From the IMG/VR virus record IMGVR_UViG_3300048620_000016: DNA of 64,000 bases; one strand, written 5' to 3'. Shown piece after piece: positions 43,454-53,894 of this stretch. This DNA is from a virus. The stretch's first letter is position 1. Each line of letters opens with the position of its first letter. The notes below the pieces were generated by a model. It ran no database searches. It saw only the letters and a list, made by a program, of their open reading frames with translations, and had not been told where the DNA came from. Made by a program: the position numbers and the translations under genes.

Positions 43454-43612
43454 ATGAAGCGACTTCTATGCGCGTTGCGAGGGCACCGCTGGTACCCGAC
43501 CCGGGACGGTGTTGCCGCGCGCGACTTGCCCGGAGGCGGGTGGGCGTTCGCGACCCGAGCCGTCGAGTGCTCACGCTGTGGCCAGCGACGGTACGCACCG
43601 GAGGAACGGTAG
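43454..43612 (+). CDS. Copy 2, small zinc-ribbon-like protein
   Basis: Repeat at +36,246. Confidence 0.7.
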   Translation: MKRLLCALRGHRWYPTRDGVAARDLPGGGWAFATRAVECSRCGQRRYAPEER

Positions 43613-43722
43613 CCATGGCCTACGACTGCAAGCCGTGCGAGCGCCCGGAGCCGCACGATGACCACTTCCACGGGCGCTCATGGTGCCTCGGTCTCGGTTC
43701 CCAACGAACAGGAGCAGGAACG

Positions 43723-44109
43723 ATGACGCACACAGTCACCGTCACGACGAAAGTCGAAGACGAAGGAACTCCCGACGAGTTCCGCGTGGTCGAATCAATC
43801 ACGTTCAAATGCGACTCCCCGCCCGACGCCGACTGCCGCCGCTGGCCCGACTGCGGATGCGAGTCGTGGACTTGGAACGAGGCAGGCACGCACGACGAGA
43901 GCGGGCACGAGCGCATTCCCGGACGGAAGTGTTGGCTCACCGACTGGTTCGATGCCGAGGGCGCGATCTACGTGGGCGACGACTACGACGACATGCGCGA
44001 CGACTGCGTGCCTGCCATCGACCGGAGCGGCGAGATCACCGTCGAGTGGCGCGATGAGTGGCCCGAGTGGACGTTCACCCCCGAACCGACCGGTTCGGAG
44101 TCTGAGTGA
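43723..44109 (+). CDS. Copy 2, paralog B
   Basis: Repeat at +36,246. Confidence 0.85.
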   Translation: MTHTVTVTTKVEDEGTPDEFRVVESITFKCDSPPDADCRRWPDCGCESWTWNEAGTHDESGHERIPGRKCWLTDWFDAEGAIYVGDDYDDMRDDCVPAIDRSGEITVEWRDEWPEWTFTPEPTGSESE

Positions 44110-45362
44110 CGAGCTGGATCGGTTGTGACTTCGACGGCTGCGCTCGCCGCCATCGCGCACGCGGCTACTGCAACGGACACCTCGAACAAGAGCGCCGCGG
44201 CAAGCCCATGACGCCCCTGCGCACCCTACCGCGCTACGCGTGGACCTATGTCGCGTACTGGCCCGACCTGCACGGCCCGGGCCTGGGCGTGCTGAAGGTG
44301 GGGCGCGCGTGGTCGCGATCGCGCATCGAGATGCTGCTCGCGTCTGGCGCTCACCTCATCGCGAACGAGGGCAACACCGACGACACGTGGGAGCGCAACG
44401 CGCTGCGGTTCCTCGCGACCCGATTCAAGCCGGCCTTCCACCGAGCCTCGGAGGCGTCGGGGATCCTCATCCGCGGGTCCGGGTGGACGGAGTGCTTCGC
44501 GGTCGACCGTGAGGACCTGGCCCTCGCCTGGGAGCTGTGCCTAGAGGCGTTCGCGTTCGGGTCGGAGTACGGCGAGAACCCGCCGAGCGCATACGCGAGG
44601 AAACCGCAGCGTCAACCGCAGCGGATGTTGGACGAGATGGAGATTACAGATCATGCAACCGAGGTGGCCATTGAAGAGGGAACCGACCGAGCGCGATCGG
44701 GAGTTCCCGGGCTACCGGATGGCCCCGACGGAAGCGAGATTGACTGCGGAGGGCCTGTGGCGCCTCACCGACGAGCACGGCCGACGCACCCTGCAGCCCG
44801 AGGCGCTCGCCGCGGAGCTGTACTCGGCGGGCTGGCTTTCGGCGGTCAGCGTGGAAGACGCGACCGAGCGGGTGGTGCTGCATGTGCTGCAGTTGGAGGA
44901 GTCCGGGTTTCTCTCGACCTACGCCGTAGGCCCCGAGGAGTGGCTGGCGCTGCATCGGCCGCTACCCGCTCTCAGTCTCCCTGCGGAGCCCACCTCGTGG
45001 GCGGGCCGTCCGACGAGCCCCGGATTTGCGGGGTTCGATTCCACGGCTTTAGAGAGGGAGAGAGAGGAAGCGCGAGCACGCGCACGAGCACGCGCGAACG
45101 AGATCGAGCACACGAACGCCGCCTCCTGGGCTCGCTGGCAGGCCTCACAGCGTCCACCGCAGCGCAGCACCCAGATCCCACTCGAGATGCTCGCTCCTCC
45201 CATCGGATGTCAGGACCACCCGCACGGCACCACCACCGAGGAATGCGGGCCTTGCGGCACCGCTGCAGCGCAGCGTCGGGAGTGGTTCGCCCGGGAGCGG
45301 TACGAGCGGCAGCTGGCCGACGAGGAGTTCTGGCGGCAGCAGAGCGGGGGGAGTGGCGATGA
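44106..45362 (+). CDS. Copy 2 of 7860-9116
   Basis: Repeat at +36,246. Confidence 0.55.
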   Translation: MTSWIGCDFDGCARRHRARGYCNGHLEQERRGKPMTPLRTLPRYAWTYVAYWPDLHGPGLGVLKVGRAWSRSRIEMLLASGAHLIANEGNTDDTWERNALRFLATRFKPAFHRASEASGILIRGSGWTECFAVDREDLALAWELCLEAFAFGSEYGENPPSAYARKPQRQPQRMLDEMEITDHATEVAIEEGTDRARSGVPGLPDGPDGSEIDCGGPVAPHRRARPTHPAARGARRGAVLGGLAFGGQRGRRDRAGGAACAAVGGVRVSLDLRRRPRGVAGAASAATRSQSPCGAHLVGGPSDEPRICGVRFHGFREGERGSASTRTSTRERDRAHERRLLGSLAGLTASTAAQHPDPTRDARSSHRMSGPPARHHHRGMRALRHRCSAASGVVRPGAVRAAAGRRGVLAAAERGEWR

Positions 45363-45375
45363 CGAGCCCTTCTGA
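44653..45375 (+). CDS. Copy 2, putative replication initiator
   Basis: Repeat at +36,246. Confidence 0.55.
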   Translation: MQPRWPLKREPTERDREFPGYRMAPTEARLTAEGLWRLTDEHGRRTLQPEALAAELYSAGWLSAVSVEDATERVVLHVLQLEESGFLSTYAVGPEEWLALHRPLPALSLPAEPTSWAGRPTSPGFAGFDSTALEREREEARARARARANEIEHTNAASWARWQASQRPPQRSTQIPLEMLAPPIGCQDHPHGTTTEECGPCGTAAAQRREWFARERYERQLADEEFWRQQSGGSGDDEPF

Positions 45376-46177
45376 GGTCACCGGGTGTGCTCGTGGATGC
45401 GTGCAGGCCGGCGTGCACTACGCCGACTGCTCGATCTACGAGGACGAGCCTCCGACGCCGCGGTGCGAGGGGTGTGCACCGGCAGCAGTGGTCGACCGCC
45501 TGCTGCTGTGCGATCGCTGCTATCGCCGCACCCGGGGCCTCCTCCGGAACGCGTTCGATCTGCTCGCTCGGATGCGCACATTGACGGGTCAGGCCAAGGC
45601 CGTCGTCTACTCGCCTGTGAAGGTGTCGTCGAGTCGTGGGAGCGCGCGTGACCAGGTCGGGTCAGAGCTTCTCGACGCGATCACCGAGATCTCGTCGAAC
45701 CTCAGTCGGTGGTCGCGCTACATCGACATGTCGACGCTGCGCGGGCTCGACCATGTGCTGACCGACATCGAGCAGACGTGGCGGCTCTCGGCGGCGGTGC
45801 TCGACACGCACAGCGAGGATGACACGGGAGCGCGTCACTGGTCGCTCGCTGACGCGGCCGCGCGGTGGGGCATCGAGCGCCGCGACCGCCACGTCTACCC
45901 AGCAACCACCGTGCACGAGGACGACGTCGAGGAGATCATCACACCCATCACTGAGTGGTACGACCCGATCCTGGTTGCCCGCGATGCTGCGCGACGTGCC
46001 GGCGTCGAGGAGAGGCAGCTGCGGCGCTGGGTGCAGCGTGGGTTGCTCGAGCCCGCCGCCGTGGTGCGCGGACCGGGCGGCACGGTGACGAAGTGGTACC
46101 AGGCCTCCGCGGTCGACGCGGCCGCTGAGAAGATGCGAGACCGACGCCACGCCGGGGTGAAGCTCGCACCAGAGTGA
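45353..46177 (+). CDS. Copy 2, Cys-rich/HTH putative late regulator
   Basis: Repeat at +36,246. Confidence 0.65.
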   Translation: MAMTSPSEVTGCARGCVQAGVHYADCSIYEDEPPTPRCEGCAPAAVVDRLLLCDRCYRRTRGLLRNAFDLLARMRTLTGQAKAVVYSPVKVSSSRGSARDQVGSELLDAITEISSNLSRWSRYIDMSTLRGLDHVLTDIEQTWRLSAAVLDTHSEDDTGARHWSLADAAARWGIERRDRHVYPATTVHEDDVEEIITPITEWYDPILVARDAARRAGVEERQLRRWVQRGLLEPAAVVRGPGGTVTKWYQASAVDAAAEKMRDRRHAGVKLAPE

Positions 46178-46221
46178 GGCCCGCGCTCCGTGGTACGCTG
46201 TGCGTGCACGGAATCTATGCC

Positions 46222-46255
46222 AAGAGCCTCGCCCGATCGGGTGGGGCTCTTTCTG
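46222..46255 (+). terminator. Copy 2, terminator-like hairpin
   Basis: Repeat at +36,246. Confidence 0.7.
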
Positions 46256-46275
46256 GTTCCTGCGTGCCGATGCTC

Positions 46276-46453
46276 CACTTTCGCTAGCCGTTCGGGTCGG
46301 TCTGCGAGTGACGTGGCCGGCACGCGCCGCCCCGCCGTGACACGCGACACACACAGTTGCCGTTGGCAGGTCGCTCGATGCGCGCGGCGGGGCCTCTACG
46401 TGAGAACCGGTGGGCGTCGGCTGTCGAAGTCGGCGCCCACCCGGCCACACGTC
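46276..46453 (+). ncRNA. Copy 2, candidate structured RNA
   Basis: Repeat at +36,246. Confidence 0.4.
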
Positions 46454-46473
46454 AGCGACCGACGGGAGCCGGC

Positions 46474-46761
46474 ATGCCCGATGTGATCCGCTCCCGCCAG
46501 TACAAGCTCTTCCGCGCCGAGATGAAGGCGATGTGGAAGCAGCAGGGCAGGCCCTGCGCGGCGGATGGTCAGCCGATCAACTACGACGGCCCGCCAAACG
46601 ATCCCGACTCGTTCGAGCTCGACCACATCAAGGCCCGCAAGACGCATCCGCACCTCGCTCTGGACCCGAACAATGCACAGCCCATGCACGTGCGCTGCAA
46701 CAGGGCGAAGGGATCCGGCGCGATGCTCCCGACCAACGGAGAGACCACGGAGGACTGGTGA
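46474..46761 (+). CDS. Copy 2, HNH endonuclease
   Basis: Repeat at +36,246. Confidence 0.9.
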   Translation: MPDVIRSRQYKLFRAEMKAMWKQQGRPCAADGQPINYDGPPNDPDSFELDHIKARKTHPHLALDPNNAQPMHVRCNRAKGSGAMLPTNGETTEDW

Positions 46762-46949
46762 TGGCAACCAACACTGCAGTGCGCAGGGTCACACTCAAGG
46801 ACGGCCCACTCGCGGGGCGCACGTTCGACGTGCCCCGCGCGGACACAGAGCTCGCACACCACGCTGCACCCGGTGGTCGATACCGCCTCACCGCCAAGCA
46901 AGGCACGTGGAAGGCCGACAAGCCGACCTCGAGCGAAAGCGGCGACTAA
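46761..46949 (+). CDS. Copy 2 of 10515-10703, hypothetical
   Basis: Repeat at +36,246. Confidence 0.65.
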   Translation: MATNTAVRRVTLKDGPLAGRTFDVPRADTELAHHAAPGGRYRLTAKQGTWKADKPTSSESGD

Positions 46950-46953
46950 ACGC

Positions 46954-47295
46954 ATGGCCGCTATGACGCCCATCACCGCGCACGTGTACATCCGTGTCGA
47001 TGGATCCGACGTGCTCAACGAGGTCGGCGAGGCAACGATCCCGATCGCCGCCGACATCGACGCGACACGCGACGGAGTTGGCGTGCTCCGCGTCGACCTC
47101 GTCAACCTCGCCGCGCTGCTGCACAGGGTCGCCGACTCCATCGCGCCCACGCAGGCCGAACTGATGGTCGACAGCGAAGCGGTACACGATCACAAGCCGG
47201 TTCAGCACCGCGATGGTCGACCGCCGTGGTGCAACGAGTGCGGGCTCACCGCCTCATTCCACGAGCCCAAAGGACGCTTCGATCGTCAGGGGTAG
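46954..47295 (+). CDS. Copy 2 of 10708-11049, hypothetical
   Basis: Repeat at +36,246. Confidence 0.6.
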   Translation: MAAMTPITAHVYIRVDGSDVLNEVGEATIPIAADIDATRDGVGVLRVDLVNLAALLHRVADSIAPTQAELMVDSEAVHDHKPVQHRDGRPPWCNECGLTASFHEPKGRFDRQG

Positions 47296-47425
47296 GGGCG
47301 TCTCCATCTCTGCAGGTCGCGACCCTAGGCGACTCCGCCGGCAGTGATTTCCCCCACCGGGAAAGACGCGGTTGCGGACGGTCTGTCCGCGTCCGCAAAG
47401 CCCAGATGATCGGGGGTTTTACGTC

Positions 47426-47893
47426 ATGGCGATGAGCCCCGAGGAACGACGCGAGCGGGACCGCGAACGCAAGCGAGAAGCCCGGGCGAGAGAGCGCGCT
47501 GAGCGGGAGGCGAACAAGCCGGCGACCGCGCCGGAGGGCCCGCCGCCCACCGTGATGCATGACGCGGTCGACGCGGCGATCGCCGCAGCGAAGTGGTTGA
47601 CCGGCACCGACGCGGCCTCCATTGCGCAGGCTCGAGCGCTCGCCGCCCGGATCGATCTGCTCGAGCACGAGGGTGAGACGACGAAGGCGCTGTCGGCGCA
47701 TCGTGCGCTGTCGCAGGTGCTGAACGATTTGGGCATCACAGCGACCAGGCGGATGCAGTACGAGCTGCGGTCGTTGAAGTCGGCCCCGAGATCGGGGGGT
47801 GACGAAGACGATGAGCGGGAGCAAGGCGAAGGCGAAGCGTCGAAGCCCAGCAACGTCACGCAGCTCAGGCGGCCGGCGAAGCGCCGGTCGTAA
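47426..47893 (+). CDS. terS: Copy 2, terminase small subunit
   Basis: Repeat at +36,246. Confidence 0.8.
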   Translation: MAMSPEERRERDRERKREARARERAEREANKPATAPEGPPPTVMHDAVDAAIAAAKWLTGTDAASIAQARALAARIDLLEHEGETTKALSAHRALSQVLNDLGITATRRMQYELRSLKSAPRSGGDEDDEREQGEGEASKPSNVTQLRRPAKRRS

Positions 47894-49550
47894 GGTCTTC
47901 GGCTGCCAGACCCCGAGACTCTTCACCCCACCCAAGCGCGAGCTCACCCCGGAGACCTCCCTCGGCTTCGAGGTGCTCGAGTTCTGGGACTGGATGCGTG
48001 ACCGCCTCGAGGAGCTCGACGCGCAGCGCGTCGACGGCGATGACAACGAGTACCTCGAGCTGCTGCCGCGGGCGCTTGAGTGGCAGCGATGGCTGCTGAT
48101 CCACGCGCTCGAGCTGCTCGAGGGCGACGGGTGCGTCTTCCGGTTCCGGACGGTGCTGCTGCTCGTGGCCCGGCAGAACGGCAAGTCGACGCTGCTGACC
48201 GTGCTCATCCTGTGGCGCATGTTCCAAGACGGCGCCCGCATGATCCTCGAGACGCACGCGACCACCGAACACGCGCGCGCCGCATGGGAAGAGGCCGTCG
48301 CGGTCGCCGACGCGATCCCCGAGCTCTCCGACGAGATCGCCAAGATCAACGAGGGTAAGGGTTCCGAGCTGCTGCTGCTCGACGGTGGGGAACGGTTCAA
48401 GATCGCCACCGCCAACCGACGCGGCGGCCGCGGCTTCCGCGGAGATCTCGTCATCTTCGACGAGCTCCGCGAGCATCAGGACTGGCGGGCATGGTCCGCG
48501 ACCTCCAAGACCACCCTCGCCCGCAAGCGCGCGCAGGTCTGGGGCGTGTCCAACGCCGGCGACCTCACCAGCGTCGTCCTCCGCCACGTGCGGAAAGTCG
48601 CGATCGCGCACATCACGGGCGAGGCGGTCGACGGCGTGCCGGCGGAGATTGCCGACACGGTCGACCTCGACTCCATCGGACTGTTCGAGTGGTCTGCGGG
48701 CACGGTCGACGGCCGCGAGGATGGGGCGCCCCGCGGGATCTGGGACCGCGAGGGGTGGGCGCAGGCGAACCCGTCGATGGGGTACACCGACCTCGACGAG
48801 CGCGCGATCGCGAACGCCGCGGCCACCGACCCGGAGTGGGAGTTCCGCACCGAGGTCCTCTGTCAGTTCGTCAACCTCGCCGGCGCCGGGCCGTTCCCCA
48901 ACGGCTCGTGGCAGTCGGCGCTGGACAGCAAGGCCGCGCGCCTCGAGCGGGACGTCACTCGTGACCGGACCAAGCCCGCCTGCTACGGCATCGACATGTC
49001 CCACGGCCGCACGATGGTCTACATCTCGATGGCGTTCTGGGACACCGAGGGCCGGATCCGGGTGGAGAACGTCGCGATGCGTGCCGGCACCGACTGGGTG
49101 CTGCCGTGGCTGCAGTCCGATCTCCGCAAGGTCAAGCCCGATCACGTCGCCTTCCAGCGCCGCGGCGCCCCGATCTCGTCCATGTGGGACCAGTTCGAGC
49201 GCGCCGGCATCGACGTGCACTCGTGGGAGGGCTCGGAGCTGTCGGAGTGGCACGGCCAGTTCTACGACCTGGTGCGCTCGGCCGCGCTCGACGAAGCACC
49301 CGATGACGAGACCGACGAGCAGCGGCTCGCGCGGATCCGAATCAGCCACGGCGGGCAGCCGGCGCTGACGACCGCGGCACTGACGGCGCAGATCAAGCCG
49401 ATGGGCGACGGGTGGGCGGTCGACCGCAAGGCCTCACCGGAGGACGCGGCGCCGCTGTTGGCGGCCGTGGCCGCGGTCGGGCTGCTGCTGACCGAACCGA
49501 CCGGCGGCGCTGAGTCGGCGTACGAAGAGCGCGGCCTGATGGTCGTGTGA
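47799..49550 (+). CDS. terL: Copy 2, terminase large subunit
   Basis: Repeat at +36,246; Walker A/B motifs. Confidence 0.97.
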   Translation: MTKTMSGSKAKAKRRSPATSRSSGGRRSAGRKVFGCQTPRLFTPPKRELTPETSLGFEVLEFWDWMRDRLEELDAQRVDGDDNEYLELLPRALEWQRWLLIHALELLEGDGCVFRFRTVLLLVARQNGKSTLLTVLILWRMFQDGARMILETHATTEHARAAWEEAVAVADAIPELSDEIAKINEGKGSELLLLDGGERFKIATANRRGGRGFRGDLVIFDELREHQDWRAWSATSKTTLARKRAQVWGVSNAGDLTSVVLRHVRKVAIAHITGEAVDGVPAEIADTVDLDSIGLFEWSAGTVDGREDGAPRGIWDREGWAQANPSMGYTDLDERAIANAAATDPEWEFRTEVLCQFVNLAGAGPFPNGSWQSALDSKAARLERDVTRDRTKPACYGIDMSHGRTMVYISMAFWDTEGRIRVENVAMRAGTDWVLPWLQSDLRKVKPDHVAFQRRGAPISSMWDQFERAGIDVHSWEGSELSEWHGQFYDLVRSAALDEAPDDETDEQRLARIRISHGGQPALTTAALTAQIKPMGDGWAVDRKASPEDAAPLLAAVAAVGLLLTEPTGGAESAYEERGLMVV

Positions 49551-49566
49551 CGAAGGGGGTGGCCGG

Positions 49567-49776
49567 GTGGGTGTCTTCCGGAGAGTGCTTCTGTCGCGGC
49601 GCGTGATCGTGAACCTGACCGACGGCTCGTCGATCGAGGGTGTGCTCTACCGGGATCCGGGGCAGCTGCTCGTGCTCAAGAACGCGATCTACCACGAACC
49701 CGGCACCGAGCCCGTGGCGCTCGACGGTGACACCGTCGTCGAGCGTGCTCGGGTGCTTTTCGTGCAGGCACCGTAG
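49567..49776 (+). CDS. Copy 2, Sm/LSm-like small protein
   Basis: Repeat at +36,246. Confidence 0.7.
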   Translation: MGVFRRVLLSRRVIVNLTDGSSIEGVLYRDPGQLLVLKNAIYHEPGTEPVALDGDTVVERARVLFVQAP

Positions 49777-49787
49777 AGGAGGCCCCC

Positions 49788-51713
49788 ATGGTCTACGCCG
49801 TCTCCGAGGGGAAGCTCCTGGCCGTCCAGAAGCCGACCTACAAGGCTCCCACGTCGCTCCGCATCAACGATGACCTGTCGCAGGACTGGGCGGCGATTTA
49901 CCGGCAGCAGCCGTCGGTGCGCACGGTCGTCGACTTCCTCGCGCGCAACATCGCGCAGCTGTCGCTGCACACCTTCCGTCGCGTATCTGACTCCGACAGG
50001 GAGCGGGTCACCGACCACCAGTTCGCGCAGATGATGCGCCAGCCGAACCCGTACACGACCGGCTACCGGCTGATGTTCTCGCTGATCGCCGACCGCGGCA
50101 TCTACGACCGCGCACTCTGGGTGAAGGCGTACCGCGACGGCCGGTCGATGCTCGTCCGGATCCCGCCCCGCCTGTGGACGATCGCCGACGACGACAACTG
50201 GCTGGCCCCGACCACGTTCATCATCAAGGGCAACAAGGGCGCGACCGAGATCTCCGCCGAGCAGGTGGTCTACTTCCGCGGATACAACCCCGAGGACGAG
50301 CGCTACGGGCTATCACCGATCGAGTCGCTGCGTCGCATCCTCTCCGAGGAATATGCGGCCGGGCAGATGCGCGAGCAGATCCTCCGCAACGGCGCCCGAG
50401 TTTCCGGGTACATCCAGCGCCCGAAGGACGCCCCGGCGTGGTCAGATCCCGCGCGAGAGCGTTTCACCCAGGGCTGGCGTGGCCAGTACATGGGTCACTC
50501 GGCCACCGAGGGCGGCGGCACTCCGGTGCTCGAGGACGGCATGACGTTCGTGCCGGCGTCGCAGACGGCCGCCGACCTGCAGTACATCGAGGCGCGCAAG
50601 CTCTCCCGCGAGGAGGCCGCGGCCGCGTACTTCATCCCGCCGCCGATGGTCGGGATCCTCGATCACGCCACCTTCGGGAATATCCAGGAGCAGCACAAGA
50701 TGCTCTACCAGGACACTCTGGGCCCGATCCTGCAGGAGGTGCAGCAGGAGATTGCGCTGCAGATCCTCTCCGACTTCGATGACGCCGAGGACCTCTACAG
50801 CGAGTTCAACATGGCGGAGAAGCTGCGCGGCTCGTTCGAGGAGCAGGCGGCGCAACTGCAGACGTCGGTCGGTGCGCCCTTCCTAACCCGCAACGAGGCA
50901 CGTGCGCGCGCGAACCTGCCCCGCATCGAGGGTGGCGACGAGCTCGTCGTGCCCCTCAACGTCCTCGTCGGCGGCCAGGCGTCACCTACGGACTCCGCAC
51001 CACCGAAGTCGGCGGCGCTGTCGAAGGCGCTGACGGCGATCGAAAGCAAGGCGCGTGCCCCGCGCAGTTATGTCGCGAAGGCCGAGGAGGTCCTCAAGGG
51101 GTTCTTCGAGCGGCAGGCGCAGGTCGTCCGCTCGGCGCTGGGCGCGAAGGCGGATGCCGCCTGGTGGGACGCGGCACGGTGGGACCGTGAGCTCGGTGAT
51201 GCGCTGTTCGCGTTGTCGGCGACGATCACCGAGGGTGTCGCGCGGGCGCAGCTGGCCAAGCTCGGTCTCGACCCGGACGACTTCGATCTGGACCGGACCC
51301 TCGCGTACCTGAAAAAGGTGGCCGGGTCGAACGCTTCGAGCATCAACGCGGTGACCCGGATCCGCCTCGAGGAGGCGCTGCAGGATGCCGAGGACCCGCT
51401 CGCTGAGGTCTCGCATGTGTTCGACGTCGCAACCGAGGCACGCGCTCCGCAGGCGGCGTTGACGGTCGCCACGGCGGTCGCTGGTTTCGCGTCGATCGAA
51501 GCCGTCGAGCAGGTGCGTGGCACGCGCACGGCCACCAAGACGTGGATCGTCACGTCCGGCAACCCGCGCCCATCTCACGCCCTGATGGCGGGGGAGACGG
51601 TGCCGCTCGATGACGTGTTCAGCAACGGCGCGAAGTGGCCGGGGGATTCCTCGGCGCTCGACGTCGACGAGGTCGCCGGGTGCTCCTGCGACGTACAGAT
51701 CAACTTCGAGTAG
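49788..51713 (+). CDS. Copy 2, portal-MuF fusion
   Basis: Repeat at +36,246. Confidence 0.95.
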   Translation: MVYAVSEGKLLAVQKPTYKAPTSLRINDDLSQDWAAIYRQQPSVRTVVDFLARNIAQLSLHTFRRVSDSDRERVTDHQFAQMMRQPNPYTTGYRLMFSLIADRGIYDRALWVKAYRDGRSMLVRIPPRLWTIADDDNWLAPTTFIIKGNKGATEISAEQVVYFRGYNPEDERYGLSPIESLRRILSEEYAAGQMREQILRNGARVSGYIQRPKDAPAWSDPARERFTQGWRGQYMGHSATEGGGTPVLEDGMTFVPASQTAADLQYIEARKLSREEAAAAYFIPPPMVGILDHATFGNIQEQHKMLYQDTLGPILQEVQQEIALQILSDFDDAEDLYSEFNMAEKLRGSFEEQAAQLQTSVGAPFLTRNEARARANLPRIEGGDELVVPLNVLVGGQASPTDSAPPKSAALSKALTAIESKARAPRSYVAKAEEVLKGFFERQAQVVRSALGAKADAAWWDAARWDRELGDALFALSATITEGVARAQLAKLGLDPDDFDLDRTLAYLKKVAGSNASSINAVTRIRLEEALQDAEDPLAEVSHVFDVATEARAPQAALTVATAVAGFASIEAVEQVRGTRTATKTWIVTSGNPRPSHALMAGETVPLDDVFSNGAKWPGDSSALDVDEVAGCSCDVQINFE

Positions 51714-51721
51714 GAGATGCG

Positions 51722-52546
51722 ATGTTCACCAAGTCGATGCCCGTCTTTGTGAAGGCGGTCGGGGAGGCTGACGGCCTGGAGGAGGGTGTGTTCGAGGCGA
51801 TCGTCTCTGTCTTCGGCAACGTCGACAGTTACGGCGACCGGATGATCGAGGGCGCGTTCAAGGACACCCTCGACGAGTGGGCGGCGTCGGGCAACCCGAT
51901 CCCGAGCTACTACTCGCACCGGATGGACGACCCCGACTACAACATCGGGGAGGTCCTGGAAGCCAAGGAGCTCCCGCCGGGCGACGCGCTGCTGCCGGAG
52001 AAGATCAAGGACCAGGGCGGCCTGTACGTGAAGGTCCAGGTGGACATGCACGACGAGGCCCGGAAAGCCCGGCAGGTCTACCGACTTCTCAAGGGGCGCC
52101 GGCTGACGCAGTTCTCGTTCGCGTACGACGTCGTCGACTACGCGATCGTCAAGGGCGAGAACGACGACCAGCAGGTCTGGGAGCTCCGCAAGGTGAAGCT
52201 CTACGAGGTCGGGCCCACACCGATCGGCGCGAACCAGGAGACGGAACTTCTCGGGGTGAAGGCGGCCGGGCATCACGCCCGCCACCTCGCCGCCGAACTC
52301 AAAGCCGGCCGGGTCCTCTCGGCCAAGAACGAGAGCGAGCTGCGCACCGCGTACGACTCGATCGGCAAGGTGCTGGCCGCTCTCGAAAACGAAGACGACA
52401 GCAAGGCCACCGGGCGCGAACCGGCCAAGGTCACCGATGAGCCCACCGCGGCCAAGGCGACCGAGGAGCCCACGCGCGCACCGTCCGCCGCGACACGTCT
52501 GCAGCTCGAGCTCGCACTCAGCGAGTTCGAAACCATCAACGCCTGA
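51722..52546 (+). CDS. Copy 2, prohead protease
   Basis: Repeat at +36,246. Confidence 0.95.
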   Translation: MFTKSMPVFVKAVGEADGLEEGVFEAIVSVFGNVDSYGDRMIEGAFKDTLDEWAASGNPIPSYYSHRMDDPDYNIGEVLEAKELPPGDALLPEKIKDQGGLYVKVQVDMHDEARKARQVYRLLKGRRLTQFSFAYDVVDYAIVKGENDDQQVWELRKVKLYEVGPTPIGANQETELLGVKAAGHHARHLAAELKAGRVLSAKNESELRTAYDSIGKVLAALENEDDSKATGREPAKVTDEPTAAKATEEPTRAPSAATRLQLELALSEFETINA

Positions 52547-52560
52547 AAGGGGCATCGCAC

Positions 52561-53868
52561 ATGAGTGTGGAAATCAAGGAGCGGATGGGCGCAGCGCTGA
52601 AGATCGCGCGCGACATCTCCGAGCTCGCGGCCAAGGAGAACCGCGACCTCACGGCTGAGGAGAACGAGAAGGCCACCGCGGCCCTGCTCGACTACAAGGC
52701 CGCCAAGAAGGACTTCGAGCGGACGCAGTCCACCGAGCAGCTGAAGTCCGCGCTCGCCGAGATCGGCCTCGACCTCGGTCTCGAGCCCGCCGGTGAGAAG
52801 CAGGCGCCGGCGGCGTTCCGTCAGCCGTCGAAGCTGAAGACCCTCGGTGAGATGTTCGTCGAGTCCGAGCAGTACAAGGCGCTGATGAAGCAGTTCCCGT
52901 CGGGAACGATCAGCCGTGACGCTCGGGTGCAGTCCGCACCGCTGGGCGTCAAGGCGCTCATCACCGGCGCCGGCGACACCTCGGGTGGCGCGTTCGTCAC
53001 CCCGGACCGCCAGGCCGACGTGGAGATGCTCGGCCGCCGGCCGCTCACGGTCCGCGACCTCATCTCGGTGCGGCAGACCGACTCCGACACCGTCGAGTTC
53101 GTGCAGCAGCTCACGCAGCTGAACGCGGCCGACGTGGTCGCGGAGGCCACCAGCGCCGCCGCACCGACCGCGCCCGGCAGCGCCGGTCCGCTGGTGCTCA
53201 ACGCGGGCGGCGGGTACAAGCCCGAGGGGTCGATGACCTTCGAGGTCGTGACCGCGACGGTCAAGACGATCGCCGAGTGGGTGCCCGCGACCAAGCGCGG
53301 CCTCGCCGACGCTTCGCAGCTGCGTGGCCTCATCGACCAGGAGCTCCGCGACGACCTCGCCGAGGCCGAAGAGGACGAGATCGTCAACGGTTCGGGCACC
53401 GGTGAGCACCTCACCGGCATCATGAACACGTCGGGGATCCAGACCCAGGCGTACTCCGCCACGGTCACCGACCTCGACCCGCTGCTCGAGACCACCCTCA
53501 AGGGCAAGACCAAGGTCAAGACGGTCGGCCGCTCGATCGCGTCCGGGTACATGCTGAACCCCGCGGACTGGGAGAAGATCCAGCTCGCCCGACTCGCGAA
53601 GAACCCGCAGAACGAGGCGGTCGCCGGCGCGATCCCGACCCTTCACGGCCTGCCCGTGGTCGAGTCGGAGGCCATCACCGCCGGTGAGGGTCTGGTCGGC
53701 GACTTCCGCAAGGCGGTCCTCTGGGACCGCGAGCAGGCGGCGATCAGCGCGACGGACTCGCACTCGGACTTTTTCATCCGCAACCTCGTCGCGATCCTCG
53801 GCGAGGAGCGGGTGGCGTTCGGCGTGCTCCGCCCCAAGGCGTTCGTGAAGCTCGACCTCACCGCCTGA
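52561..53868 (+). CDS. Copy 2, major capsid protein
   Basis: Repeat at +36,246. Confidence 0.97.
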   Translation: MSVEIKERMGAALKIARDISELAAKENRDLTAEENEKATAALLDYKAAKKDFERTQSTEQLKSALAEIGLDLGLEPAGEKQAPAAFRQPSKLKTLGEMFVESEQYKALMKQFPSGTISRDARVQSAPLGVKALITGAGDTSGGAFVTPDRQADVEMLGRRPLTVRDLISVRQTDSDTVEFVQQLTQLNAADVVAEATSAAAPTAPGSAGPLVLNAGGGYKPEGSMTFEVVTATVKTIAEWVPATKRGLADASQLRGLIDQELRDDLAEAEEDEIVNGSGTGEHLTGIMNTSGIQTQAYSATVTDLDPLLETTLKGKTKVKTVGRSIASGYMLNPADWEKIQLARLAKNPQNEAVAGAIPTLHGLPVVESEAITAGEGLVGDFRKAVLWDREQAAISATDSHSDFFIRNLVAILGEERVAFGVLRPKAFVKLDLTA

Positions 53869-53894
53869 CATCTCACCACCGATCGGGGGTCACC